Shown here one piece after another: positions 23,217 through 36,719 of a DNA stretch of 64,000 bases. This stretch comes from Pristiophorus japonicus (lineage: Eukaryota). Below the pieces are notes generated by a model. That model was not told the origin of the DNA. It searched no databases and saw only the letters and a list, made by a program, of their open reading frames with translations. How positions within the stretch are numbered: the first letter of the stretch is position 1; the number at the start of each line of letters is the position of its first letter. Made by a program: the position numbers and the translations under genes. Location of the stretch: contig NC_091984.1 of NCBI RefSeq assembly GCF_044704955.1, positions 104,532,001 through 104,596,000 of the forward strand, read 5' to 3'.

Positions 23217-23913
23217 CATAATCGGCAGCCCCTCGAAATCGAGGAAGACTTGCTTCCACTCTAAAAGTGAGTGCTCAGGTGACTATACAGTCCAATACGG
23301 CAATTATAGTCTCTGTCATAGGTGGGACAGACAGTGGTTGAAGGAAAGGGTGGGTGGGGAGTCTGGTTTTCCGCACGCTCCTTCCGCTGTCTGCGTTTGG
23401 TTTCTGCATGCTCTCGGCGACGAGACTCAAGGTGTTCAGCACCCTCCCGGATGCTCTTCCTCCACTGAGGGCGGTTTTGGGCTAGGGATTTCCAGGTGAC
23501 GGTGGAGATGTTGTACTTTATCCTGACCAACGGATCCACCACAGACCCAATTCACATCCGGAACGAGGACAAGCAGGGCTGCGTCAACCTCGCTGCAATG
23601 CGCCATCTCACCCTCAACAAACTCCCTGTTGGAGTGGAACTAAACTATAGAACCAATGGGAACCTGTTCAACCTTCGTCGCCTCCAGGCTGGATCCATCC
23701 TCTGTCATCAAACTACAGTACACAGACGTCTGCGCACATTCAGAGGCCGAACTCCAAACCATCGTCAACATCTTCACCAAGGTGTACGAAAGCATAGGCC
23801 TGACACTAGACATCTGTAAGACAAAGGTCCTCCACCAACCAGACCCCACCTAACAGCACTGCACCCCCGGTCATCAAAATCCACGGCACGGCCTTGGACA
23901 ACGTGGACTATTT
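23217..23913 (-). mobile_element. RTE LINE insertion with a 5' inversion and 11-bp TSD
   Basis: TSD tcctatgtaat at 23206-23216 and 23914-23924. The 3' end lies on the minus strand and an upstream RT segment on the plus strand. Confidence 0.85.
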
Positions 23914-24466
23914 TCCTATGTAATACATGAAACATGGAGGTCATTACTGTATGTATGCTCTCAGCAAACTATAAACCACACTAAGTTTAGATTAAGTGTG
24001 GTTATGGACTATCAATCCAAAGATCAGTGTTCAAATTCCACTATGCCAAGTTGTGAAATTGAATTCAATAAATCTAGTAACTTGTGAGCTGGGAACAGAA
24101 AACATTATTTTGGAAGCTGAATATTGTTGTTAAAAAGCCAATTGGTTCACAGTCCCACACTGTGTGGTCGACTTTTAAATCATTCGGTTATGAAAACTTC
24201 TCGATGAAGGCCCACCACCAGCTTCTCCGAGCAACCGGGGATGGGCAATAAATGCCAGTCGTCCACATTCCAAAAACAAAGGCAACAAAAAGTTGTGATG
24301 CTTTGTCTGCCACAAAATATGGAATAAAGTAAAATTAACATTCTGGGATGTTGTCAATTAACCTCAGAAATATTCCTGGAGCAACAGTGGTAAGTTTGTT
24401 CAGAGAGTTCTTGCAGTAGGATCCTTAAACAGAAACCAATCTGCACTGTTGTTTCTTCTACACCAG

Positions 24467-24555
24467 GAAACCCCAGAATCAGTGAGCATGGCATGCGGTA
24501 TCTGTGTTGCTTTTCAAAGCTGAGGGCTCTGGATATCTCGGGAACTGGTGTTACG
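24467..24555 (+). CDS. LRRC42: LRRC42 coding exon 4
   Basis: NPRISEHGMRYLCCFSKLRALDISGTGVT; AG/GTGAG. Confidence 0.94.
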
Positions 24556-24829
24556 GTGAGGATAGATAGTTTCCCATTTAATATACTGTTATCTCTGGTA
24601 TCCAAACTGAAACTCATTCCCTTTCATAATATATATTTGATGCAGAATTTCTTGGAAATCAGTCACGGATTTCTTAAACCTTAATGGTGTCTTGTTAACC
24701 CTCCATCGCATATTGGGGATACAGAACACATGTAACGTTGGCAACAAAAAAACTGTTTAATGCTGAATTAAATTCCCATGTCAACTGAAACAGTAAATAT
24801 TATAAAACAGAAACCAAAGTGGACCAGAC

Positions 24830-25515
24830 CATTTGCAACCTTGGTGTTTGACTCTGATGAGCTTCCGACTACATATCCACTCCATCACCAAGAACGCCTA
24901 CTTCCACCATCATAACGTTGCCCGATTCTGCCTCATCTGCTGGAAACCCTCTTCCGGGCCTTTGTTACCTCTAGACTTGACTATTCCAATGCTCTCCTGA
25001 GGCTTCCCATCTTCTACCCTACATAAACTTGAGCTCATCCAAAACTCTGCTGCCCATATTCTAACTTGCACTAAGTCACCCATCACCCGTGTGCTCACTG
25101 ACGTACATTGGCTCCTGGTACAGCAACGCCTCAATTTTAAAATTCTCTTCCTTGTTTTCAAATCCCTCCATGGCCTCACCCCTCCCTATCTCTGTGGTCT
25201 TCTCCGACCTTACAAACCTTCGAGATATCTGCGCTCCTCCAATTCTGGCCTCTTGCACTTCCCCTGTTTTAACCGCTTCACCATTGGCGGTCGTCCCTTT
25301 AGCTGCCAAGGCCCTAGGTTCTAAATTCCCTCCCTAAACATCTGCCCTACTCTATCTCTCGCTCCTCCTTTTAAGATGCTCCTTAAACCAAGTTTTGGTC
25401 ATCTGTCCCAATATCTCCTTATGTGGCTCGGTGTCCAATTTTGTTTGATAACGCTCCTGTGAAGTGCCTTGAGGCGTTCTACTATGTTAAAGGCACGATA
25501 TAAATGTAAGTTGTT
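24830..25515 (+). mobile_element. L2-type LINE 3' fragment
   Basis: FVTSRLDYSNALL and VHWLLVQQRLNFKILFLVFKSLHGLTPPYL motifs. Confidence 0.82.
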
Positions 25516-26287
25516 ATTTCAGGTTGTAATTTAATCTCTTGGTTTGGGTGACCGTTAAGCTCTCGAGCTTTTCTCTCGGGGTTTCTGATCTGACCCCCTC
25601 TGTCGAATGACTACCTTGTAACTGTTTCCGTGTAGTCCTTATTCTGATTTTGATGCAACTGCCCTGCCCTTTTTGTTTCATTTTTCCCCTCTCCCTCCTC
25701 TCCTAAAGGCATTGATTCTTGCAGTGCGGTTCCACACACACCACCTACCTTTTGGTACCTTGCCTTAGTGGCCATTTTTCTTGTCTGAGACCAGTGAAAG
25801 TTGGTAGTCAAGTTTATTCATTGGCAGGTGCAGCACAGCCAAACCTGGTTTTGTCCTCACCCATATTGACACACATGATTTCCAGTGGAGTTTGTTAGCT
25901 GTTGATCAGGGACAGGAAGCTTGGGTGATTTTTTTTTCTTCCCCTTTTTTTTTCCCCCTTTTCCTCTGTCCAAGGGTGCTGAGACCTATTGTAATACCTC
26001 AGCTACTGTCCTGATAAAGATCAGCTAACTCAGTGCAACCCAGGGAGCAAGCCTGGTCTGTGTAACATTGGGTGATGCATTTACCAGTCGAGCCATCAGG
26101 GGAGCAAGCCATCGTCATGTTACAATCTTTGGTGCAATTTTCTTCCAGTAACCTGACGCACGCACCTCCTGCTACGATAAGGTCACCAGCCCCACCAATA
26201 TATCCAGACGGCTGATTTTCCCAATTATAGAAAGTTAATGGTGTAAAAATATGTTTTTCATTAGTTTTAACTTTCCTTTGTTAATAG

Positions 26288-26401
26288 CCCAATAGTTCGT
26301 CAATCCAAACGATTCGGAGCAAATTGTCGCTGTTTCCTGCTGGCGAGCCTCTGAAGGAGTTTGAGCACTCGTGCTGCAGAACAGAAGGCTGGGCAGAGCA
26401 G
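26288..26401 (+). CDS. LRRC42: LRRC42 coding exon 5
   Basis: PNSSSIQTIRSKLSLFPAGEPLKEFEHSCCRTEGWAEQ (human PLKEFDHSNCKTEGWADQ); 114 nt. Confidence 0.93.
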
Positions 26402-27475
26402 GTACTGAGTGTGGTACAAGTGTTCCAATTTACAAATATGATTTGACAAATATGAGCTGGATTTGAAAACTGCAATATGGCGACTCGTGTTTCAGTGGTT
26501 CAGTTCTGAGACCTGATTTCAACACTGTCCCAATTTAATAGGATGAAAGACTCCTGCTTGTCAGGGTCCTATGCGAAATGAGGTCTTCCTGGCTGTTGGC
26601 CCACAGAATAAAACTACTGCTAAATTAGCACTAATTAGACTATCTCAGCAAAGCCACATAACCTTGTAGGTTACTCTTCTGAGGTTGATAAGATGCATTG
26701 TTGGGGCAGAGTAGAGAGAACTTTACCCAGCAGCTGGCTAATACTGAACCTGATCTGGGAGCTCTTGATGCTGATGCCGAGTGCCTGAAATAGAAAGTGC
26801 TTCATTCTCCAGTGACAAAATCCCTTTAATTGGCAATGTTTCAGTGGCTCCATCAATAGTTCAGAGGAGTCATTGCTTTGAATCGCTCCCTTGACATTTG
26901 AACTTGTCTCAATTGGATGAGTTTCAGGCATTTGCAAAATGAAATTTTCACAGCAGTGGGCATTTTCTCAGATTGGAGTGGGGAAGAAGGGAAATTGAGA
27001 CAAATTCACTCTGCAGAGTTGCATTTTCTGTCAACCCATTATAGTCTGGGATATTGCACATGAACAATGTGCTGAAACTTTTAAAACTCGGAAACTGTAA
27101 TGTAAAGAAAATATATTTGTGCTTTTGTGTTTTCACCTCTAGAATATGAATTAAATAAGTTCTTTATTCCACTTGTTCAGTGTTGGCTTTCTTCATTTCT
27201 GAGCAAAACCCCTCTTCCTATAAAGAATGGTTATGTTACTGGACTAACACCTCTGAGTGCATGAGTTAAGATCACACACTACATGATTGATTCTTCATGC
27301 CCTCCAAAATGACCCAGCAAGTCACTCAGTTGTTGAAAAAGACACCTATTTATATTTTTTCAATCTGTAGTGATATTTCTGTTACTCCAGAAAACAATTG
27401 GTACACTTTATTAAAAAAAAGTTTATTTTTCATACTCTTAGAATTTTTGATAAGTTGATTTTTTTTGCACTGCAG

Positions 27476-27551
27476 GTGGTTTATCAGTGGGAGCGCACGT
27501 CTGTTAGACAATGTGAGAACATTAGCGGCAGAACAGTGGCACAGCGATTCT
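27476..27551 (+). CDS. LRRC42: LRRC42 coding exon 6
   Basis: VVYQWERTSVRQCENISGRTVAQRF; AG/GTAAG. Confidence 0.92.
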
Positions 27552-27964
27552 GTAAGTAGCTTGGCGGGAGTATGACAGCGCTACTGCCTTGATCTATGAG
27601 GAGCATTGTGAAAACCAGCATAGCGCTGATTTTCACCTAGATCTGGATCCTATCAAATTGGAAACTGTTTATATGATATACAATGGTGTACATCACACGA
27701 TCTCTAGTTCCACATTACAGTTGGGCCAGTAGAATTTTTAGGAACAAGTTAGGGCTAACAAGCTTATCCCACTTTGATTGATCAACCCCACCTACCCATC
27801 TTCTCACCTTGTTTCCCAATCCTTTCTCCAGAAAAACATCTAATTGTCTACACAATTGAATTATACTGTCTGCTTCAGTGATTTTCACAACTCTGCATAA
27901 ATAAACTACCTTAGATCCCTCCTTCTTCAAAATATCCTATATTCCCTGGTAAGAGAGAAATAAA

Positions 27965-28215
27965 GAGCTTCCATCCATACAGTGCCTTGCCAAATCCTCA
28001 GGACTTCACAATCATTGATTTACTTTAGAAGTGTAGTCACTGTAGTTTTGTGGGCAAACACAGCACTCGGTTTCACATAGCAGAGTCCCACAGTTAATCA
28101 ATTTTGGTGATGTTGTTTGAGAACGCCCTGTTCTTCAAATAATGGCACGAGATCCATTACATCCCCCTGAACAGGCAGACAGGGGCCTCGGTTTAACATC
28201 TCAACTGAAACACAG
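27965..28215 (-). mobile_element. Deu-domain SINE fragment
   Basis: ggcagacaggggcctcggtttaacatctca matches the copy at 39772-40224. Confidence 0.7.
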
Positions 28216-28928
28216 TATTTGTATTTGAGTTCTTCACCATAATTAACAATCCACTTAGGTCATTGTTGTCAGTTAGCTTCATAATCATGAAACTTCAGTG
28301 AAGATCCAGAGAAAATAATGCTAACTTAATTTTTCCCACATCTTAAATTCCTGATATCTTCATTGTTCATCTTTGTATCCTCTGAAGGGTGATAATTTTA
28401 TTTCTCTGATTAGTGAACAGAACCTACAACTCCAGATGGGATTGTCCAATGCTTTTTACAGGAAGAATACATCCCATTTGATTTATACTTTGCAGTCCAG
28501 TATCTTACCGTTTTCATAGAATCATAGAAATTTACGGTACAGGAGGCGGCCATTCGGCTCATCGTGTCTGCGTCTGTGCCTGCATCGTGTTTTGCTTCAG
28601 TTAAGCTGATGGTTTTTTTTTATTTGTCTAGTTATAAAGCCAGAACCCTTTCCTGATCAGCATTTAACAAATACTTTCTCTTCTACTTTGCTTCTATGCT
28701 AATTATTTAACACTGAACCACATTGAATTGCATTTGCTACCTGTTAGCCCACTTATCTAAAAGATATCAATGTTTCTGATCTGGTTGCATTGTTTCTCCT
28801 TATTTGCCTTATCTCTTTAGTGCCATTTTCAAACTGGGAGATGTTGCTTAGGATTCCCTTATCCAAGTCATTGCCATATTATAAATAGCAAGGCTCCCAA
28901 GACTGACCCCTGGGATACACCACTCATA

Positions 28929-30194
28929 GGGCCCAAGTTTCCACATGATTTGCGCCTGATTTTTAGGAGCAACTGGTTGAGAACGGACTATCTTAGAAAT
29001 CGCAATTCTCCACATTTTTTTTTCTGCAGTTCTAGTCAGGTAGAACAGTTCTACTTTGGAACAGAATTTTTTCTTCAAAAGGGGGCGTGTCCGGCCACTG
29101 ACGCCTGATTTCAAAGTTTCCACAGTGAAAACGTACTCCAAACTAAAGTAGAATGGAGCAAGTGAAGATTTTTGTAGAACTGAAAAAACCTGTTCTACAC
29201 ATTAAAAAATCAAGCGCAGGTTACAAATTAGGCGTCCAGAACGAGGTGGGGGGGGGGGGGGGGGAAGAGGGGAAGGGAACTCATTAAATTCTACAATAAA
29301 TCCTTATTTATACTTCTACAAATATTATACAAATAAATCCAACCTGAATAAACATTTATAAGCAAAGAAAAGATTAAATAAACCATCGTCCTACCTGTGT
29401 GAAAGTGCTTCAGGCACGGAGAATTCTGCAGTCAGCCTGAGGCGCCCGTTCTTCCCGCAGGAGGGGAGAGGAGGCGCCCGTTCTTTCCCGCGGGGGTAGT
29501 AGGAGGCGCCCGTTCTTCCCGTGGGGGGGGTAGGAGGCGCCCGTTCTGCCCGCGGGGGAGGGGGAGTGGAGAGGAGGCGCCCGTTCTTTCCCGTGGGGGG
29601 GGGGGGGTAGGAGGCGCCCGTTCTGCCCGCGGGGGAGGGGGAGGGGAGAGGAGGCGCCCGTTCTTTCCCGTGGGGGGGAGGCACCCGTTCTGCCCGCGAG
29701 GAGAGGAGAGGAGGCGCCCGTTCTGCCCGCGGGGGAGGGAGGGGAGAGGACGCACCCGTTTTTTCCCGTGGGGGGGGGGGAGGGGGAGGGGGAGGCACCC
29801 GTTCTTCCCGCGGGGGTGGAAGGAGACAGTGAGAAGGCTGCAGTGAGATGTGCTGTTGGCAATGTGCTTTTATTTTAAAAATTTTCAAAAATTAAACAGC
29901 TACAAAGAACTACAAAAATGGCCGAGTGCCAATGTTTTTTTCACACTGAGCATGCGCGAACGCTCCAACGCGCACGCGCAGCGTTGTCGGCAGGAAAAAA
30001 ACTAATTTAAATAGTACCCGCCCCCTCCCACTTACAAAATCGGCGCGAGTGTAGGCTCCGCCCCCCCGGGCGCCGCGCCAGGCAGACAAGGAACTGCAGA
30101 ACGCTCCAGAATCGCGAGGTTTTTTTTAAGGCGCGAAAAACGGGCGCCCAGCTCGGAGGGGCGCCTGTTTTTTATCGTGTGGAAACTTGGGCCC
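28929..30194. mobile_element. PIF/Harbinger-type non-autonomous DNA transposon
   Basis: Perfect 17-bp TIRs gggcccaagtttccaca / tgtggaaacttgggccc; 3-bp TSD ATA. Confidence 0.88.
29438..29820 (+). repeat. G-rich minisatellite of about 11 units inside the transposon
   Basis: Core ggaggcgcccgttct(t/g)cccg(c/t)gggg separated by variable G/A-rich linkers. Confidence 0.9.
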
Positions 30195-31214
30195 ATAGCT
30201 TCTTTCCACCTAAAATGCTCCAATTTATTTTTTCTGTTTCTATGCCAGCTTTATTCTGTGTCATACTTTATCTCTTCTTCAGTGACTCCCTATCTTAACC
30301 ACTAATTGCAAGTTGAAACTTTCTCAATCTTTGAGAGTCCAAATATATAATAACTGCATTTCCACTGCCAGTAATGTGTTTGCAAAACTCTAGGTTAGCT
30401 AAATATGACCCCCATTTCCTGAATCCATGCCTTAAACATTTTCTCCTTTTCCAAAATGTTCATCCGCCATATCATTTCTAACAATTTCCTTATAATGTTA
30501 AACTTGCTGTTCTATAGTTTCCATGTATTAGCACAAATTGGCACAGAGCTTTGCATGGTGGAGTGCATATTGGGAATTTGGAAATGAAGGTCAATGTGCC
30601 CGGTCAAATTTTCTATCCGTTTTCATGGACGGAAAGTTACGCGAAGCACACTAGCCTCTACGCCTGAATTCCTGATATACAACCCTGTTACGCAAAGCTC
30701 TGCGCCAGGAGCCATTAATTTATTAAATCTATTTGTCTCTCACATCCACATACCTTGTATTCAGCACCAGGAAAATGTTTTCTATCAACTTCAATCAAGT
30801 GTGCTTTGTTGTTTGCCGGTTTTGTCTTCTCCTCTCCTGGAGGTACAGGTTCTTGTTGATAAATGCATTCATGGGTACTTGCTACCCATTAGAAACTCTC
30901 CCAATAGCCATTCTTCACATGTAAGCCAAGGCAGTGAGTGTCAACGGGCCATTTGACTGAGAGTGGGCACTCTATCCAAACACACCGACCATCCAGGTCA
31001 CTACATGGAAATTGGGGATGGGAATCCTGGCTGATCTGAGGGGTTTTCTCTCCCATTGACATGGCATTTACTGTACAAGGAAGTGTTGGACTAATCCATA
31101 TCCAGCTCCTACTGCAGTACCGCACCGTCTCAGACAATATTAATTTGTAAAATAACTTGTAATTTTCTTTGATTTATATTTCTATAAATATAATCACATT
31201 CACTTATTTCCTAG

Positions 31215-31468
31215 ATGGGACAAACAAATTGATCAATGTAGGAACTGATGGATTTTCAAATGCTATGCAAATCAAGGACCCAATCAGGATGCAATTTCAC
31301 AGAAAAGCCAATCAGGATCTCTGTGTACAGTGCCCTATGACCTCTGCAATAGGGGTCAGTAAGAGACGTGGTGACCGAGCTGAAGTGACTGGTTGTTCGT
31401 CCCCTCTTGGGAAACGCAAGCGTGCTGAATTGACCTTGGATGACTGGGACGTGCTGAACTGTTACTGA
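31215..31468 (+). CDS. LRRC42: LRRC42 last coding exon
   Basis: (Y)GTNKLIN...MQFHRK...LTLDDWDVLNCY* (human EDWDLLNSY*); AATAAA at 31716-31721. Confidence 0.93.
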
Positions 31469-34400
31469 GGAGGAACCTGTCATCCTACAAGAGTTATTCC
31501 ACACACAAACTATGTGAAAAGGATTTTAGACAGTTCCCTGGCTAACGGGGCCCAGATGACTGAATCACGCCATGAAGAAAGATTTCAACGTTCAACCTTT
31601 GCCTGACTAAAATGAAAGTATTGTCGGTCAGTTTACAATGTTTCCGATTACATGTATTTCTCATCTTAGTTTTGAGTTAAATTGTTTTGAATGATATGGA
31701 TAACTGAAATCAAGTAATAAATCTTTAGCTTGTACAAGTTATATGATCTCATACTCCCTGAACTGTAGTTTTTAATTTATTCCGAGTGTCTGTGCCCCTC
31801 TCCTTTCATTTTGTATAAATGAAAATGACTCACTGAGAAATGTCCAACAGCAGTCCATGGATGATATGTCCTTTGATTTTCACTCCTCCTGTGGATGGCT
31901 GCCCAGCCTCTGCAGTGCTTCTCCATAGTGGTACAGCCAAGATCAGAAGGTTGGGACGGGGAAGGAAGGAATTAAACATCTATCCCAACACAGCTGTGGC
32001 ACTAAATGTTGATGTTTTTTGAGCATTTAGTCCATTGGAGGGATTTTTTTTTCATGGAGATTTTATCTCCTGGCCCTTGCCTTTCTGTGCAAGTAAACGT
32101 AACTCTGATACTTGGCACGAGGAAGGTTGATTCTGTTTAGAGAAGGGTCCAGGACTGAATCCAGCCCTAGACTGGAGACAGCTAATGATTTAAAGCCCTT
32201 TACTTAACTTGGACACCATTGTTTGGAAATCCACTAAGCTCATTTCCAATCTGCCTTGCCACCGACTTGTCAGAGCAAAACCAGTTGAATAAAGGCATTT
32301 GTAAATAAAGCATAACTGGGCGGCACTTGGACAATTCCAGATGTATCTGGGTAGATGTGAGGTCTTGTAATAAAAAGCAATAGGTGACTTGAGTTCAGGT
32401 TGACAGTTGTTAACGTTTGATGCCCTGGAGGATATTTTCATTTTGTGTAAAAGAAAATGACTCTGATTTTTGAATAAATGTGAATTAAACCCAGTGCTGA
32501 AATTTGATGTAAATATTTCAAAAATAGTTGTCATTCAACAGTTTGCAAACACATTGTCAGGGGGCATGGTTGTGCAGTGAGTTAGCGCATTGTACTTTCA
32601 CCGAGACCTAGATTCAAATCCTGATGGGATAAAAACCACTTCTCTCTGCCAGCTTTGTGTTTCCGACATTAAATTAATTTGGATAGTTTTGAAATTACCT
32701 ATAGTTTTAATCCCCCCCAAAGAGACTACTGGAAGGTTGATGTGTGAAGTAGAGAGGCTCCTACTGGTTCAAATTCTCCTTGGTGTAGAGAAGGTTAAGG
32801 GGTGATTTGATAGGTGTTCAAAACTATGAAGGGTTTTGATGGAGTAAATGGGAAACTGTTTCCATTGGTAGCAGGGTTGGTAACCAGAGGACACAGATTT
32901 AAGGTAATTGGCAAAAAAGAAGTAACATGAGGATTTTTTTTTAATGCAGCTCTTTCAAAGAGCCAGAGCAGGCACAATGAGCCAAATGGCGGCCTCTCAT
33001 GCTGTTTAATTCTATGAAATTGTAGGCATTGCACTGAGGTTAGGGTTAAGGAACATTGTTGGGGCAGAGTAAATGAAGCTAATTGTAGCCTCACTGTTGC
33101 CCCAGCTAAAATCAGTATGGGCTGAACATTGAACAGAGACCCCAAAAATGCACAGGTCTTCTGGGGCACTTGCAATGTAACTCTGGTGGGAGTATAGCAG
33201 AAGGGCTGTGCTCCAGATAAATCAGGGCCAAACCTGAGCAGGTAGTTTCCAGGTGGCCCCGTCTGGGCCGAAAGGAACGTGTTTGCCTATGTCAGAAGGG
33301 CCAGCGACTCCCTGTGCTGGGAGTTTCAGCTTCATTGAGACCTTGTATAAGTTTGGAGGCTGATATGTCCAGTGTGATTGGACATATGGACCTCGTGAAG
33401 GGAGTGAGTGGGCCCTGCCAACGAGGTAAGGGGAGAGCTAGGCTGCTATCAGGACCTGAACCCAAAGATATGGAGGGAACCTTTTTTAATCCAAATTTTT
33501 TTAACTACTTTCCGATTGAGGCTGGTGGGACTAAAATCCTCCACTTTATGCTAACTTTGACCGGGTCAATTGGGGAGATCCATGGTGGATATGATACTTG
33601 GTGTAACTGCCAGGATTTCACCCCTGTGGATTTTGAGGGGCCAACAATTTCCTGGTCTGTTTGGGGTGGATGATGGCTGTTGGCCTTGTTTTATCAGTCT
33701 CCTTTCCATAGTGATAGAATTTTTACTTTTGTGAGTCATTCCACCTAATGTGTGGAACCAGGACTGATCCGAGACATCACAGGGGAGCACAAGGAAGTAG
33801 TTGGCAGCGATCACCTATCTGACCTCATCGCTGCTAGTCTGATGGCTTACTCAGACCTAAGTACAAGGAATAAGTGATAGCTGGGAGAGATCAAACCTCA
33901 GAGAAGGCAGGTCACCTGCTTCCACACCTCTGCCAGTGCCACTCTGTAACTGGCCTTTTCAGAGATGTCCTCGTTGTCATTCTGTCTGTGAGGGAAATGT
34001 TTAAACATGTTCGTTGCACATCCCCAGTGAACAGTCGAGGTGACGAATCACAAGTGCAACTCCACAGTCTGCAGCTCTGTGGAACAGTGCGTCTAGCTCC
34101 CACTGTATGGTACATTTTAAAATCAAAACTGTTTTTGCCATTACTGAATTGCATGTGTAGGTTTGACTTGTTATCTCCAGGTCCTGAGTAGATCCCCTCA
34201 ATACAAGTCCAAGATTTTTTAATGATACTAGCTGATTTTGTGACAGTGAAGATGGTAAGTTCAATGATGCACTCTTTAATAAGGACAAGAATTTTATACT
34301 GTGCATTGCATATGTATTACTCTACTGCTAAAGGAGCTGTGTTGAACCTGTTCTGTTCTTTTAAGGTCATTAGAGTTTAATTACTGTTAAGATATTCAAA

Positions 34401-34572
34401 GTCAATTAGAAACATTGGGCCAGCATTTGCAGTAAGTGACATTGTACTGAGAGTATGCTGTCATACCACCTTTGAAATGGACTGCAATTTCATGATTTCC
34501 GCATGTGCACTAAATCCCAAACTTGCAAGTTAAGACTTGACAGATGACCAGCATCACACTGGAAATCCCAAT

Positions 34573-34884
34573 CATGATGGAGGTTTGGCGAATGAGGGTA
34601 CGGGGCAGCACGGGCCAGCCCACACTGCGATATAGGCGTGCACTAGGTCCGTGCAGCAAAGCAGGTCTCCAGTCGTCCTGGTTAACTCTTGCCACTGGAT
34701 AAAGGCCTAGCTCTGTCAAGCCCGTGTGGTGGCTGACGTGCAATGGTCACGTGACAAAATCCATGCACAGGCATCTTCCACCCCCTCAATTGGAGTTCAT
34801 GACTGGAACATCAGGTCCGTCATTGAAACATCTGTGAACTCATGGAAGCAAGTCATTCTCGTTCGAGGGACTGCCTATGATGAT
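34573..34884 (+). mobile_element. Non-autonomous RTE derivative with 11-bp TSD
   Basis: TSD gaaatcccaat at 34562-34572 and 34885-34895; (tga)n tail. Confidence 0.85.
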
Positions 34885-36345
34885 GAAATCCCAATTGCTG
34901 CCATAGAGTTGAGCTAATTGACCACTAACTGCCCAGTAATTGCATACAGGCGCCAGAGCCTGTCTGCATCAGCGTAAGAGGATACCTCAGGCATGCTTTA
35001 ACATTTTCATCTCAGAAACCGGACTGAGTAATTTTCTGCAATCCAAGTGTACCATTTGCTCATATTCTTGCATACTGCTGTATCTGTGTCAAATGAGTTT
35101 TTATTTCTGCAAAGATTGGAGTTTTAATGATTTGATACCAGCAAATTTAAATTTTTACGAACAGAACCAGTATCCTGAAGTTGTGGTCAGTCATTACCTG
35201 CTCTGCCACAGGCTGCACGGTGGAACTCCCACTAGCCGGCAAATAAGCTTGTCCCCATTAAAAGTTAGCCTTGGACTAGGTCTAACTGGGGTTTTAACTG
35301 CATATTGACCACGAAACACATTTTATACCTGTGGAATGTCAAATTTCTCCATGATAGAAATTTACTAGATTTTAAATTTTTTTTAATTAAAGTTTGTTTA
35401 ATATTTCAGCTTCTACTTTAACCCATATGTAGGTCCCAAGCTTTATTTTGCTTTCTGTAAAAAAAAATTTAAAAATTAATTGAATCAGTGCTTTTTATTT
35501 CCTGGCTTTCTGTCTGAGAATTCTTCAATGTGATTAGCTACTTAGAGAGTTTAATGACATCACTACAATCAATATAACATCGAGAAACCTAAAGTTTTCA
35601 CCACAGAGATCGAGATCAGTGTGGGCAGCTTACTTTGTGCTCAGCGGTGATTGCTACTGCTTGACCTTAAATTCCGTGCAATTGTTTCCCACCATAAGAT
35701 AAATAAATATCCATTACTTGAAATAATGCCAAAAAAAATCATTTTACAGCATATAATTGTGGAATAGTTGAAACTGAATAGTAAACAAGGAGAAAACACC
35801 GGCACAAACCAATGGAATTTGATCAACGCCGGTTACTGTTAGGCCTGTTCTGGATAAGGGATTTTTCTGGATGAGGGGTGGTCATGTTAAATTGGATGGT
35901 ACAGGTACTGAGCAAGGGGATATCGGGGCTGGCTGGCTTGGGGCTGGGAGTGCGGCAGAGATCAGGTGGGTGGGGCGGTTGCTTGCGGGAGTCGGCAGCG
36001 AGGAAGGACTTCAATTTGTTCATATCGGAGTTCTGCGCATGCACCACCTGGTAGCCAGGAATGGTTCTGAATAAGGGAGGTTCAACCTGTACTTTAAAAT
36101 GTTACCACTCATGTACAATAATGATATGGAACAATCTTATCACAATCCAACAGCAAAGAAACTTGCAAATGTGTAAATTTGGAGTCCATGACAACTTAAA
36201 AATAGTGTGCATTAAGATGCTGCATTTTCCAAAGCTATCTACAGAACAAAGATGCATTTCTTGGGTAAAAGAATCACAAAACAAAAAAGTTGCTGTCCTG
36301 GTTTAGTAATACTCAAGCTGCCATTACAGCTCATTTCTTCTGGTG

Positions 36346-36494
36346 TCAGTTTTCAGTACAGATGTACTCGTCCAACCAATCCGCACAGTGCTGCATACCA
36401 TCCCTGCACAGTTGCCTGGGAATGCAGTTACAATACTGAGACATAATAGACTCGCAGCTCCAGTACTCCGGTCCACATGGAGGACAGTCAGACA
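36346..36494 (-). CDS. LDLRAD1: LDLRAD1 last coding exon
   Basis: SDCPPCGPEYWSCESIMSQYCNCIPRQLCRDGMQHCADWLDEYICTEN*, with the cysteine pattern of the human C-terminus. Confidence 0.93.
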
Positions 36495-36719
36495 CTGAAA
36501 ACAATATTTTAAAAATCATGCAACAATTTTTTGACACTAATCAGTGCCTATTTGAGATGTTAGGGCTGAGAACAGAATACTCTCTGTTTTGGGCATCTAA
36601 TGTTGATGATATCAAACACTCCTGGTCAGGTACAGCATGGTTAGATACACAATAAAGCTCCCTCTGCTCTACCCCAAAATAGATGCCAGTCCCAACCTCA
36701 AGCGCCCACTACACCAAAG

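Noticed and set aside
29438-29820. CRISPR-like array of a conserved repeat with variable spacers
   Set aside because: The spacers are G/A low-complexity linkers, the context is vertebrate, there are no cas genes, and the array lies inside a TIR element.
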